From positions 4,402,001 through 4,466,000 of the forward strand of contig CM035350.1 in assembly GCA_020137815.1 (NCBI GenBank): a DNA stretch of 64,000 nt, in the 5' to 3' direction. Shown piece by piece: positions 51,704 to 63,547 of this stretch. Origin of the DNA: Hormiphora californensis (lineage: Eukaryota > Animalia > Ctenophora). A model generated the notes under the pieces. The model worked only from the letters and a program-made list of their open reading frames with translations. It was not told the DNA's origin and did no database searches. Numbering within the stretch: position 1 is the first letter of the stretch; each line of letters starts with the position of its first letter. The translations under genes and the position numbers were made by a program.

Positions 51704-52953
51704 ATCCATCTCCAGTGCAGCCCCGTGGCAGTGTGATCATATGACGATGCCGTTTCACTGTCTGTCTTTCTTTCTCAACTTGTTGTGTTCGTTGTGTGTC
51801 ATGAAGAGGGCTCGAGTGAGTAGCGGCACTAATACCACATTTTCTAACCAGGTTTCCGTAAATTCAGCTGACTTCTTGTTATATAATATCCCCCTCAATA
51901 TACTCTAAACACGGCCCCCTTGTTTAGGTTGAGTCCGCTCTGGACAACCCGCTACCCTACCACTTGGAGGCAAAACAACGACGTCAAATACAGCAGTACA
52001 TGTCCTCACAGCAGCTTACCCCCCATACTAACATCCTTAGCCCCTCCCGTAAGTTGCAATGTACCATTTCAACACCCTGCTGTTGTAACAGCATGTAGCA
52101 GCATAAACGATTCATGTTGGTGTTTTTTTAATAATCAGTAACTTGAAAATGATGTTTAAGGAGATATTTTCCAATGTACAATCTATGTAAATCACCTCTC
52201 TCTATCCCCCACCCAGGTCTGTCACCCAACTCGATGACCTCTGAGAATGCCCTATCGCCTGATGACATGCAGAATTTTGGTGGTTTCGAGATTGACAGTA
52301 TAGCAATAGACAGTATACTAAATGATGTTGATGAAATGACTGTAGATGTGCCTGTTGCCGGGTCTGCCGGGTCCTATCCCTACCCCAGTACCGTACCGTC
52401 TGTGCCCCATGCTCACTCAGGGGGAGTTTTCAGCTATTACCCTAGCCACAGCCCCGGCACCCCCAATTTCCAGAGTGCCAGTGTCCCGGGACACTCCAAT
52501 GCAATGTCGTGTCCCGCACACCTGGGCATGCCCAAGGAGAGCTTCAGCTTGGAGAAATATGCCAAGGACAGACAGAAAAAAGACAACCACAATGCGATCG
52601 AGCGGCGGAGAAGGTTTAACATAAACGATCGGATAAAGGAGCTGGGGGGTCTCCTTCCGAAACATGATCCGGAGATGCGACCTAACAAGGGGACGATACT
52701 GAAAAGTAGTGTAGATTACATACAGAGTTTACAAAGTGAACAGCTTCATTCAATGAAAGAACGGGAGCTCATGAGACACCGGATAACACAGTTGGAGGAA
52801 TGTCTCAGGAAACATGGGATAGGGGAGGAACACTGGCCCACACCTCCCCATTTCCCCATTGACTCCAGAACTTTTGGTGGGCCCCATCATCATCACCATC
52901 AGCAACATCTGAAAATCAAGGAGGAACCAAGTTCTCCCTACCTAGGAGAATAG
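50371..52953 (+). CDS. MITF/TFE-family bHLH-ZIP transcription factor
   Basis: Phase-compatible exons 50371-50422, 50517-50572, ~50735-50782, 51928-52048 ([26 protein letters not shown], cf. the MiT V.THLENPT.YH...QRQQVKQYLS box) and 52217-52953 ([50 protein letters not shown]). Confidence 0.92.
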
Positions 52954-53753
52954 TGCGTGTGTGATCAGTAGGAGTGAAATAAAATCTGTAAATATCCGAT
53001 TTGATGTGTTAATCCAGAAAATCAGTCCCTCATCATTTTTAACTGTTTTACACGCTTTTAATTGAAGTTAACTAAAATTTTAAGTTTTTACTGAGCCACA
53101 ACAGTTTAGTGACCTTTAGATTGAAAGTTTTGTAGGTTTTAAGAATGTGTAGCTGATGTGTAAACTAATTTGTTTAATTTGTATTCACACTGTTAACAGT
53201 TAAACCGATGGCTCTGCTACGTTTTGTTCTGAAAAACTCATCTGGAACGTTCCAAATGTTTCTCTAAAAATAGACGGCACTTGGACGGTTGGCGCGTAGC
53301 TCACCGACAAAATGAAAGAGTGTGAGTGTGCGCAGTTGGGACGCGCACTGTATACACGCTGATCTTATGGTCACGAAATCAACAATCACGTACGCAGAGA
53401 GGAGAGATGGGAGGGGTTCTGCGCGAGCACGTCCTTGAGTAATGCTCCGCGCGTTCCTGCAAGTCATTCTCGCCCGGGATGTAACTTCATGGGAAGGATC
53501 GAGAAGGAGAGGGCTCACATGGTAAAATATCTAATTAGTTCCATTTTGTAAACTAGGATGATCTAGAATGGATGAATCAGTCCGTTCTAGTGCTTTGAAA
53601 ATGTACGACAAGTGCATTATAGTGACAAAAAGAAAAACACATTTAAATAATGACATCTATCGCTTGACTATTCATAAATTATAAAACTGAATTATAGGGG
53701 AAAACATGCATAAATATTTTACATAATCATAATAAGTTAAAGGCATCATTTAT

Positions 53754-56700
53754 CTATGCAATGAGTGATCGTCCGGTCATAGCAGCAGGTTGCTTGACTC
53801 CCATTAGATTCAACACTGTGGGTGCAACATCGCACAACGCCATGGTAACATCTTCACTCAGGAAGGAGGCTGACCCGCCATCCATATAGAATGGTACTGC
53901 AAGGAAGGGGTCGAGATTATTATATTCAAGGTGAAATAGGATACAGAATAGATAACAGAATGTCACACACACACACAGACATGTACGTGACTTGTTTACA
54001 CAGCCGGGGGATTGGGGAAGTTAAATATAATAAACTACTACTAAACTGTAAACAGGAACTAGAATCAGGAAACCTTCTACATTCAGGAGTGTACTGCTAT
54101 AACAGTATGGCATTACTCTTTACTTTTATTACCTCTACTACAAGTATGGGCTGTGTGAGGTCCGCCTGATTCTGAGAGCATCTTTTCAGCATTTCCATGA
54201 TCCGAAGTGATAAGGAATACATAACCAAACTTCCGGCACGCCTCAACTATCTCACCTATACACCTGTTGAGATATATAATTGTCGCGATTACTGTATCAT
54301 TACACTTGTAGTAATATATAATTGTTGCGATTACTGTATCATTACACTTGTAGTAACATATAATTGTCGCGATTACACCTGGGATAGTATAGTATAATTG
54401 GCAAGACATGATTACTGTCTCTATAGAAACCACACACTGGGATGATTTGTCCAATTAGACATACCACGTACGTGTGCCATTACTGTTATTGTATAAAGCA
54501 AGTTAATGGATTTGAGAGCCGTATTAAATAATACAGTTCAACTGGTATAATACAGAGTGTAAGATCCATCGATAATGCATATATATAATGAGATCTTAAC
54601 TTGAGATCATAAGTAAGTGTTTCTATAAATTACCTGTCGGTTTCTGAGCAGGCTATAACGGTTGGTTCGTATTTCCCAGTGTGTCCTACCATATCAGGGG
54701 GAGCAAAGTTGCACATCACCATCTGGTGTTCTCCCTTCTCTATCTGAGCAACCATCTGGGAAGGGGAAGTAGGGGTTGGGAGAGGGGGCTGGAAGGGGCA
54801 ACCATCTGGTGTTCTCCCTTCTCTATCTGAGCAACCATCTGGGAAGGGGAAGTGGGGGTTGGGAGAGGGGGCTGGAAGGGGCAACCATCTGGTGTTCTCC
54901 CTTCTCTATCTGAGCAACCATCTGGGAAGGGGAAGTGGGGGTTGGGAGAGGGGGCTGGAAGGGGCAACCATCTGGTGTTCTCCCTTCTCTATCTGAGCAA
55001 TCATCTGGGAAGGGGAAGTGGGGGTTGGGAGAGGGGGCTGGAAGGGGCAACCATCTGGGGTTCTCCCTTCTCTATCTGAGCAACCATCTGGGAAAGGCAA
55101 GTAGGGAATAAGAGGGGCTGGAAGGGGGTGGTGGTAGAATTTAGAAAGTAGGAAATGATACAATAGGGGATACATTCTGGGTAACTGCCAACAAACGATA
55201 GACAAACAGTGGGACACGAAATAATACACTAAAAATTACAATAGGCCATAGGGACTAACAACTTACAGCTTTGGCTACTCCAGCAGCATTCATGGTCGGC
55301 TGGAGGTCGTACGTTGCAACCTTGGGAGAGGGTACCATTTCCCTGTGTTCACCGGACCATTGTTTTTCCAGGCCACCGTTAAAGAAAAATGTAACATGGG
55401 CGTACTTCTCTGTCTCTGAAGGGAATAGAAAGGTTATCAGTCAGTTAGAAAGGGATAGAAAGGTTAGCTAGCAGGTAGTAGGGGATATAAAGGTTAGCTA
55501 GTAGGGGATATAAAGGTTAGCTAAAAATAGGGAATGGAAGGTTTGAAATCATCAGATTTACACACTGGACTTGCCAGATGTGCTATAATACACTAGGATT
55601 GTTTTGTTCAAACCCGGTGTGAAAGGGTCGTGCACGACAACACTAAACCAACAACAATACCTGCACAGTGGTATTGGGAGATGTTGTGTTTGCTAAGACA
55701 CTCCGCTAGTGTGTCTTCATTCGAGGATGGTGGGAAGAGAGAGGGGAATGGGAAATCCTCCTTATACTTTGTCATTGTAACCACAGATAGATTCCCAGGG
55801 ACTTTAGCAGTTTCAAAGTGTTGCTGTATCCCAAAGGCCTCCGAAATTTGCCTCATTCGATCAGATCGGAAATCAAAGAACAGGAGAGTATCTCCATCTC
55901 CAATTCTACCCTCCTCATCCACAATGATGGGTTTCAGGAATTCGTCAGTCACATCAGCAGCATACTGATCCCTTATGAACTGGAGGACTTTATCCTTGGA
56001 AACTTGGTCACCAATTCCCTGGACCAGGCCCTCGTAGGCAAGTTGAATTCTCTCGTGTCTCTTGTCTCTGTCCATTGCATAATACCTGGTAGGGGGCAAG
56101 AATATTACATTATTGCAGTTGAATATTATAATCAAGCAGAGAATTCTCTGGAATTAGAATTGCGTGTTATAGTGTAGGAGACGATGATATGACTTATATG
56201 AGGGGGGCACGGGGCGACTTATGAAGGAAATGTGAAAGTAAACAATGTCCCTCCACCTTCGATACTACATAATATCAGAAATAATTCATGTAACATTCCT
56301 GTATCAAACTAAACCTGTTTATTCCTGTTTATTCCTGTTTATTACCTGCCTACAATGGTAGCCAGTGATCCGAACCCTAGATCATCAATGTAACCCATCA
56401 TTTCCTCTACAAAACCTACACCTGATGTGGGTTTGGTGTCTCGGCCATCAGAGAAGAAATGAAGGTAGGTGGGAGGGGCACCCAGTTTCTTCAGAGCAGA
56501 CAAGAGCCCCTTGCAGTGATCAATGTGAGCATGTACACCACCATCAGATACAAGTCCTGGAATGTTTGGAAGCCGGGTTAGACGATAGATGTATACACAG
56601 AGTTATTCATCAGACAATGATCACAGATGTTTTAGATTTCAAATTGACAAAGAAAACGAGCAGCACCCGGCAGCACTACAGCTGTACTTGAACTGTTCGT

Positions 56701-57102
56701 ACTGTCTCCGCAATCACCTCAGAGGTTGCACGAGAGAGTCTGAACAATGCACCACGCCAAATTTTATTGAAACTTACCAAGCAAATGAAATTTCTTGGCG
56801 GGTCGCTTGGCAGCAGCAACGAGCTGTTCATTAGTTTCAATACTGAGTGTTTCAAAAGCAAGGTTAATCCTCATAATGTCTTGATAGACGACCCTCCCGG
56901 CCCCGATATTGAGATGTCCTACCTCACTATTACCCATCAGACCATCAGGAAGGCCCACAGAGCGGCCATGGGCTGCCAGGGTGACTGCCTTCCCCCGACT
57001 CAGCTCATCCATGATGGGCGTGTCAGCTGCCTCGATAGCGTTACCCTCCTTGTTGTCGGAGAGGCCCCATCCATCGATAACAACAAGGCACACTTTGGAC
57101 AT
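53754..57102 (-). CDS. 2,3-bisphosphoglycerate-independent phosphoglycerate mutase (iPGM)
   Basis: Exons give [111 protein letters not shown] and LCDVAPTVL...MTGRSL. Confidence 0.95.
54718..55095. repeat. 83-bp tandem repeat (about 4.5 copies) duplicating the iPGM intron end and exon start
   Basis: Minus-strand unit = 47-nt pyrimidine-rich ...ccccttcccag plus 36-nt atggttgctcagatagagaagggagaacaccagatg. Confidence 0.95.
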
Positions 57103-57306
57103 TTCAAACACTGAAAATAGAGGAAGACGTAAAAAGGAGGGCGAGGTGGGGGAGGGTGAGTGAAGTAAAACACCGTGGTTACGAGATTAAGATGAACTGA
57201 AAGACACGCTTGAAAATATAAAAATATTCAGACCCACGAACGTAAATTTTTTGTGATTTAAAAAATCAAAAACATCAAAGTTTCTAGTCACGCTAGATTG
57301 AGTTAT

Positions 57307-58203
57307 TTAGAAATATGGCTCATCTCTCTTGTTGAGTTGCATATCAAATCGCCGGAACACCTCCATGGCGAGATAAAAGGTGAGGTTCCAAGGGATGGCC
57401 CTGCTCCAGGCAGACATTCCACCCTTCCAGAGAGCGGGTACACCTTCATTAGTAACTGTCGTCCTCATCATATCAAATATACCCCGGTAAACGACGATAT
57501 CGGGTCGACACCTCTTCTGCTGCATGATCCTCGTTTTGGCAACATCAAATGGCTGTGAGAATGCAACCCCGGCTGCTGAGCTACAGAAAGCTGCCATCGC
57601 CCATGTGGTCCAGTGGTCCGGATATCCCCGGCATCGAACAAGATAATCCTTTACGAATGTGTAGCAAGGTATCTCAGCTCCATTTACCACGGCAGCTCTC
57701 TTGGCATTAGGCCACATCCCCTGATAAAGTCCCTGGAATCCAGCACGATGGTAAACCTTGGCGAATGACTTCACGATGGTTCGCTTCTTGTTCTGTTGCG
57801 TGCTCTGTGTGATGACCTTCATCCGGTCTATCGGTGTGGTGATGATGGAGCTGACAGCACCGGAAAACATACCAAAGGCGACAGTAACGGGTAGAAATTG
57901 GTCTGATCCTCCCCTCCGATTCCACCAACTCTTCATTGAGAAGAAAATACCAAACTTCAGGGTTCCATATGTGGCCTGGCGGAGAGCACCAAATCTAACC
58001 CCGTTAAATAATGAACGTACTCCCTCCTCTGTTGATACTAAGACTATCGTATGGAATGTTCCTCTGTACTTGATTGCGGAAAAAGCTTCATCCGTCACCT
58101 GACCCTGGACTTGGAGCCTTATTTTACTTGTGTCCAAGGGGAAGCTAATTAGTTCCGCTAGCACCCCTGACAACCCGCCGTAGAGAAACGCTTCAACTGG
58201 CAT
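57307..58203 (-). CDS. Mitochondrial carrier, SLC25A14/SLC25A30 (UCP5/KMCP1)-like, intronless CDS
   Basis: Three PxDxxK motifs (PLDTSK, PIDRMK, PFDVAK); FLYGGL...AE...FP.D..K.RLQVQGQ...IKYRG..H...EEG...L.RQA.YGT.K.G. Confidence 0.85.
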   Translation of the reverse strand: MPVEAFLYGGLSGVLAELISFPLDTSKIRLQVQGQVTDEAFSAIKYRGTFHTIVLVSTEEGVRSLFNGVRFGALRQATYGTLKFGIFFSMKSWWNRRGGSDQFLPVTVAFGMFSGAVSSIITTPIDRMKVITQSTQQNKKRTIVKSFAKVYHRAGFQGLYQGMWPNAKRAAVVNGAEIPCYTFVKDYLVRCRGYPDHWTTWAMAAFCSSAAGVAFSQPFDVAKTRIMQQKRCRPDIVVYRGIFDMMRTTVTNEGVPALWKGGMSAWSRAIPWNLTFYLAMEVFRRFDMQLNKRDEPYF

Positions 58204-58344
58204 CTTTTACTTTATTCTTGCTCGGTGATAAGACATTTTACCTAGATCTTGTGAGATTGTTACAGGTTAGACGAACTGTAACTCAAAATACAAATCCAAT
58301 TTGGGTCAAATAGTCAACAATTGAATAAGAAACATTATAATTTG

Positions 58345-60474
58345 GTTTAAGTTTAAGTTTAAGTTTAATCACTATTTATCACAAAGTCAATATAAAATAT
58401 TAAAACCTTGTCCCGCTCTTACACCAAACATATTTAATATAAATAGATATAAAAAATAAGCTACAAGGCTGATGTGAAAGCACCAGCGGTTACCTAAAGC
58501 GGGTTAAGCTAGTTCACGATACAATGAGGCAGATAACATCAGCATAAACTGCACAATTAAATAACTGAGATACAACGGCTTTTGAAAAAGTGCACAAACA
58601 AACCAACACAGCCCGCAGACAAACAAAACGAACAAACAAACAACCAAACAAATAAATAAGCAAACAAACAAACAAATAAGTTAACACTAAACAGACAGGC
58701 AAACAAGAAAGTTAACAAACAAGCATACATACAAACAAACAAACAAACAAAAGAACAGTCCAGTAAATAAATAAACAAACAGGTACAAGTGAACATCAAA
58801 ATAATAACAACAGACATAATATCAGATGAGACACACAGGTAATAATAGAGTTCAGCATCACGAATAGTTTATTGTCCATACATGGCATAGTTTTTTATCG
58901 GTAAAAACGTTAAAACGGTATGTATGGATCTTCTTTCTTCTTTCGTTTCTCCCTTTAGACTCAGTCGATCTGGAACCTCATCTACTCAGACTCTACACAA
59001 ACTCGTAGGCCAAGATACACTTAAAACAGAAAAAACACACTAAGAACCTAAAATTCTCACTACTCTGGCTTGGATGATCCCTCTACTAAGTCTCATGAAG
59101 ATGTAGGAAGGACAGGGAAATGGGAAATGTAGCAGGTTAAGGAGGGAGCAGCAGGTTAGGGAGGAAGCAGCAGTGCAGGTTAAGGAGGATGTAGCAGGTT
59201 AAGGAGGGAGCAGCAGGTTGAGGAGGATGTAGCAGGTTTCAGGAGGGAGCAGTAGTGAAGGTTAAGGAGGGAGCAGCAGTGCAGGGTAAGGAGGGAGCAG
59301 CAGGTTAAGGAGGGAGCAGGAGGTTTCAGGAGGGAGCAGGAATGCAGGTTAAGGAGAATGTAGCAGTACAGGTTAAGGAGGATGTAGCAGGTTAAGGAGG
59401 GAGCAGCAGGTTGAGGAGGGAGCAGCAGGTTAGGGAGGGAGCAGCAGGTTAAGGAGGGAGCAGCAGGTTAGGGAGGAAGCAGCAGTGCAGGTTAAGGAGG
59501 GAGCAGCAGTGCAGGTTAGGGAAGGAGCAGCAGGTTAAGGAGGATGTAGCAGGTTAAGGAGGATGTAGCAGGTTAAGGAGGGAGCAGCAGGTTAAGGAGG
59601 AATTAGCAGGTTTCAGGAGGGAGCAGCAGTGCAGGTTAAGGAGGGAGCAGCAGGTTAGGGAGGGAGCAGCAGGTTAGGGAGGGAGCAGTAGGTTAAGGAG
59701 GGAGCAGCAGTGCAGGTTGAGGAGGGAGCAGCAGGTTTCAGGAGGGAGCAGCAGTGAAGGTTAATGAGGATGTACCAGGTTAACTGTTAAGGAGGATGTA
59801 CCAGGTTAGGCCTTAGGGAGGAAGCAGCAGGCTGCAGGTTAGGGAGGAAGCAACAGGTCAGTGATGCAGCAGCAGGTTCAAAGGGAAAGGAGAAGGGTCA
59901 GGGGAAATCAGCAGTCGTAGGCCATCCTAAACAAACAGGTCTTCAAAGATTTCTTGAAAGAAGACAGTGTTTCTGAGTTGCGTATCTGCTCAGGAAGGCG
60001 GTTCCACATTTTTGGAGCGGCTACACTGAAGGCTCTCTCTGTTGCTTTGTAGTTGCATGTACTGTGCACCTCTTCTAGTCTCGTTGTATCAGTATCCACT
60101 CGCAGACATTTAGCCTTTGGTTTACGCTTTTGAACCATGTCTGCCATGTATCCGGGTGTGTCGTTGTTAAGTGACTTATAGACTAGCAGACATATCTTGT
60201 ACTCGATTCTGTGTCTAATGGGTAGAAAGTGGCACTTCTTACGGAGATCAGTAACACCTCGTCTACTTCGTTGGCCAAATATAAAACGAGTTGCAGAATT
60301 TTGTAGCTTCTGCAAGCGCCTCACATCACTGTCTTTAATCCCAACGAGTAATGCGCTGCAGTAGTCAATTCTGGAATGAATTAATGAGTTGACAAGCTGG
60401 ATCTTTTGTTGTCTAGTCAGATTGCCAGCAACTCTCCACATGTTAATCAGCTGATAGTTGCACGACTGAATCAC
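58345..60474 (-). mobile_element. 5'-truncated L2/Crack-type LINE: RT C-terminus (59908-60474), long 3' region and (TAAACT)n tail
   Basis: SRIDYCSALL.G...LQKLQNSATRFI...LPI..RI.YKI.LLVYKSL...RAFSVAAPKMWNRLP...FKKSLKT.LF. Tandem gtttaa at 58345-58368 is the presumed tail; assigning the 3' extent is inference. Confidence 0.75.
59128..59880. repeat. Variant minisatellite (agcaggttaaggagggagc, 19/25-bp units)
   Basis: Dozens of degenerate copies, directly readable. Confidence 0.9.
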
Positions 60475-60551
60475 TCTAGCTATGGTAGCTATACGCTTTT
60501 TGAACTTTGAAGTGGTAACTAGTTAAGTTACATTGTCGTGAGAAGAAACAG

Positions 60552-62700
60552 GCGCCGTTACCATCTGGGTGTTTAGAGGGCTGATTACAGGTGCGCACTG
60601 CCAAAAAAGTACCCTGCACTAAAGCGGCTCTAACCGCCAAACCACTCAATCGTTTTGGCTAATCCAAAGTTTATCTGATAGGAAATGTCAAGCCCTAACC
60701 CCAACCCAAACCACAGCCCTAACCCTAACCCTACTTTAGCCCTAACCGGTAGGCGGTAACCCTTAAAAGCCACGAGTGCTGGCACTCTAAACACCCAGAT
60801 TTTAAGGTTGGCCAAACTGGCGGGCGTGATTATAATCTGGGTGCCTTGCGGCCTGTTTACAGGTGCGCACTACCAAAAGAGTACACTTAGACCGACTTTT
60901 TTCAAACGGCTATAGCCGCGGAACCACATGGCCGATTTGAGTAAACTAAACAGTAAACGGTATCTGATATAGAATCGATAGCCCTAACCGATAACCCCAA
61001 ACAAAACCCTAACGGTTAGGGCCTAACGGCTAACCCGACCCTAACAACAGCCCTAACCCGTCTCGACCGCCAAAATCGATGAATTGTTAGCAATGGAAGG
61101 CACTTAAAAAGATAAATAAAAGAAGACAACAATAAATCAATTCATCCTCGGATCCTCATGCTACGTTCTTCTCGTTCCTCTGTTCTTCAGGTCACCAGTT
61201 CAGTATTTGTTAGACTTGTGATTGCAATCTTTCTCCGATTTCCTCTTAAGGCAATAAGGCATGATCTCAGGAGGGAGAATCGTAGCCTTGTCCTCAGGTG
61301 AGCCATGAAGGCACCCAGATTTTAACGTTTTCCCGACAGTTTGTGGCAGCTAATTTTTCAAAAACTGGGATTTTCTTCAAGCAAAATTTCCAAGCGCGCT
61401 TGTGCGCGGCGTTATTTCTGGTTTTGCGCGTCACAAGGCACCCATATTTTTTAACGCGCGTCGCAAAGTCAAAAATTTTATCGGTTTTTTTAGAGCTGGG
61501 CAAAATGGGAAAACGTTAAAATCTGGGTGCCTTTCATTGCTAACAATTCGTAGTTTTGGCGCGCGCGACGGGTTAGGCCTCTGGTTAGGGTTTGGTTTGG
61601 GGTTACCGGTTAGGGCTATCGATTCTCTAACTGATACCGTTTAGTTTACACAAATCGGCCATGTGGTTCCATGGCTATAGCCGTTTGAAAAAAGTCGGTC
61701 TAAGTATACTCTTTTGGCAGCACGCACCTGTAAACAGGCTGCAAGGCACCCAGATTATAATCGCGCCCGGCAAAATGGGCCAGCGTTAAAATCTGGGTGT
61801 TTCGTGAGTGATGACGGTTTTTTAGGGTTAGGGCTTAAGTAGGGATAGGGTTAGGGTCGGGGTTGGGGTTTGGGTTGGGGTTAGGCCTTGACATTCCCTA
61901 CCAGATAAACTTTGAATTAGCCAAAACGGTTAACGGTTGAGTGGTTCGGCGGTTAGAGCCGTTCAAGTGAATAAACTTTTATGGCAGCGCGCACCTGTAA
62001 GCAGGCCACCAAACACCCAGATCGTAACGGCGCCCGGGCAAAATCGGAAAACGTTAAAATCTGGATGCCTTCCATTGCTAACAATTCATCGATTTTGGCG
62101 GTCGAGACGGGTTAGGGCTGTTGTTAGGGTCGGGTTAGGGTTTTGTTTGGAATTATCAGTTAGTGCTATCGATTCTCTATCAGATACCTTTTAGTTTACT
62201 CAAATCGGCCATGTGGTTGCGTGGCTATAGCCGTTTGAAAAAAGTCGGTCTAGGAAATAAAAGTGTAAAGTCGGATTTTTTGAAGTTGTCAGCCCCTTTT
62301 TCACGCACGGTGTCGTATTTGCGCATGACAGCCCCCACTTGCTCTCACTTTTCGGCAAAAAAGCCGCATATCATCTAGAAGAGCATAATTTTGTGAGTCC
62401 GTAGAAGTTTTGTTTGACGAAATTGGTCAAGAAACAAAGGCGTGAGAGCCAAAACAAGTGTCCGACACGTTTCCGACGTGCAAATAAAAACTCGCACGCC
62501 ACCCAGGGGGGTGACAACTTCAAAAAATCCGACTTAACTCTTTTTAGCGCACCCCTGTAAACAGGCTACAAGGCACCCATATTATAATCGCGCCCGGCAA
62601 AATCTGGGTGCCTTCCATTGCTAACAATTCATCGATTTTGGCGGTCGAGACGAGTTAGGGCTGTTGTAAGGGTCTGGTTAGGGCTTCGGGGTTATCGGTG
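60552..62700. repeat. Cluster of a ~550-bp repeat with TTAGGG-like tracts, in inverted (60552-61086) and tandem (61510-62700) copies
   Basis: Recurrent aaaatctgggtgcctt, ggctatagccgtttgaaaaaagtcggtcta and gggttagggtt blocks on both strands. Confidence 0.7.
62268..62535. mobile_element. MITE nested in the above repeat
   Basis: TIRs aagtcggattttttgaagttgtca / tgacaacttcaaaaaatccgactt. Confidence 0.8.
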
Positions 62701-62893
62701 TGGAACACTGAACAGTGAGTAACCTCTCTCCCCGAATCCCTCGCCAACTTCATAAACCCGTAACCTCTGAAGTCCCAGCCTGGAAGCTTGCGCCTTATCC
62801 ACACTGTGTTGGCTCATAGTTGTTCCATTTTCAGTTCGGTTGAACCACTATTTAGAAAAACCTGAATAACCAATAATATATCTTAGCTGCAGA

Positions 62894-63215
62894 ATGGTGA
62901 AGCAAATCGTAGAAAAGTGGAAGGTAGATGAATCAAAGCCTGTGATTGTGGAAAAATATGACAAAGTAAGAGTGTTAAACAACCAACAACACAGTTGAGT
63001 AGTTGACCACACTAGACCTGATTTCATCCCTTCTATTTATCCCACCCAGGTCGCAGTAAAGAATGGTATTGATGATCTGTTTCGAAAGATCTTCTCCTCC
63101 AAGCACGAGATAACTGAGACGTTTAGGACACGAGACACTCGACTTCTTATTTGCTTTGTTGCTGTTGTCTTCTCAGGAGTTGGGTGCCTCTACGACTTCC
63201 TTCACCCTTTCCCTG
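62894..63215 (+). CDS. SPCS2: Signal peptidase complex subunit 2, first two coding exons (the rest is beyond the window)
   Basis: Exons 62894-62965 (KPVIVEKYDK) and 63050-63215 (AVKNGIDD...DTRLLICFVAVVFSGVGCLYDFLHPFP) match SPCS2 KPVKIDKWD.SAVKNSLDD...DGRL.IC...WDY.HPFPES. Confidence 0.88.
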
Positions 63216-63368
63216 GTAAGAACTAGAAAGACACTGAACAATGAACAGTTTAATCAGTTTAATCAGCTGAGTTGTGTTTGTTAGTTTTTATTAAAGTTAG
63301 AATTTTATTTTGAAAGGTCGTCTAATAAACTTTCACGTGGGTAGATGCTCCCCTTTCTCTCTTGAATG

Positions 63369-63547
63369 ACACTAACACTCCTTTCAGAATCTAGTAAACG
63401 CTAACACTCCTTTCAGAGTCTAGTAAACACTAACACTCCTTTCAGAATCTAGTAAACACTAACACTCCTTTCAGAATCTAGTAAACACTAACACTCCTTT
63501 CAGAATCTAGTAAACACTAACACTCCTTTCAAAATCTAGTTAACACT
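63369..63547. repeat. 29-bp tandem repeat (6 copies) containing a branch point, acceptor and the start of SPCS2 exon 3
   Basis: Unit acactaacactcctttcag|aatctagtaa; AGs at 63387, 63416, 63445, 63474 and 63503; g|aa tct gives the expected ...FP-E-S. Confidence 0.9.

Noticed and set aside
53754-57102. iPGM as a recent bacterial HGT or contamination
   Set aside because: It has multiple spliceosomal introns, and iPGM is known from many invertebrates.
60690-62140. Interstitial telomere
   Set aside because: The TTAGGG-like runs are short, degenerate and embedded in a repeated ~550-bp dispersed element.
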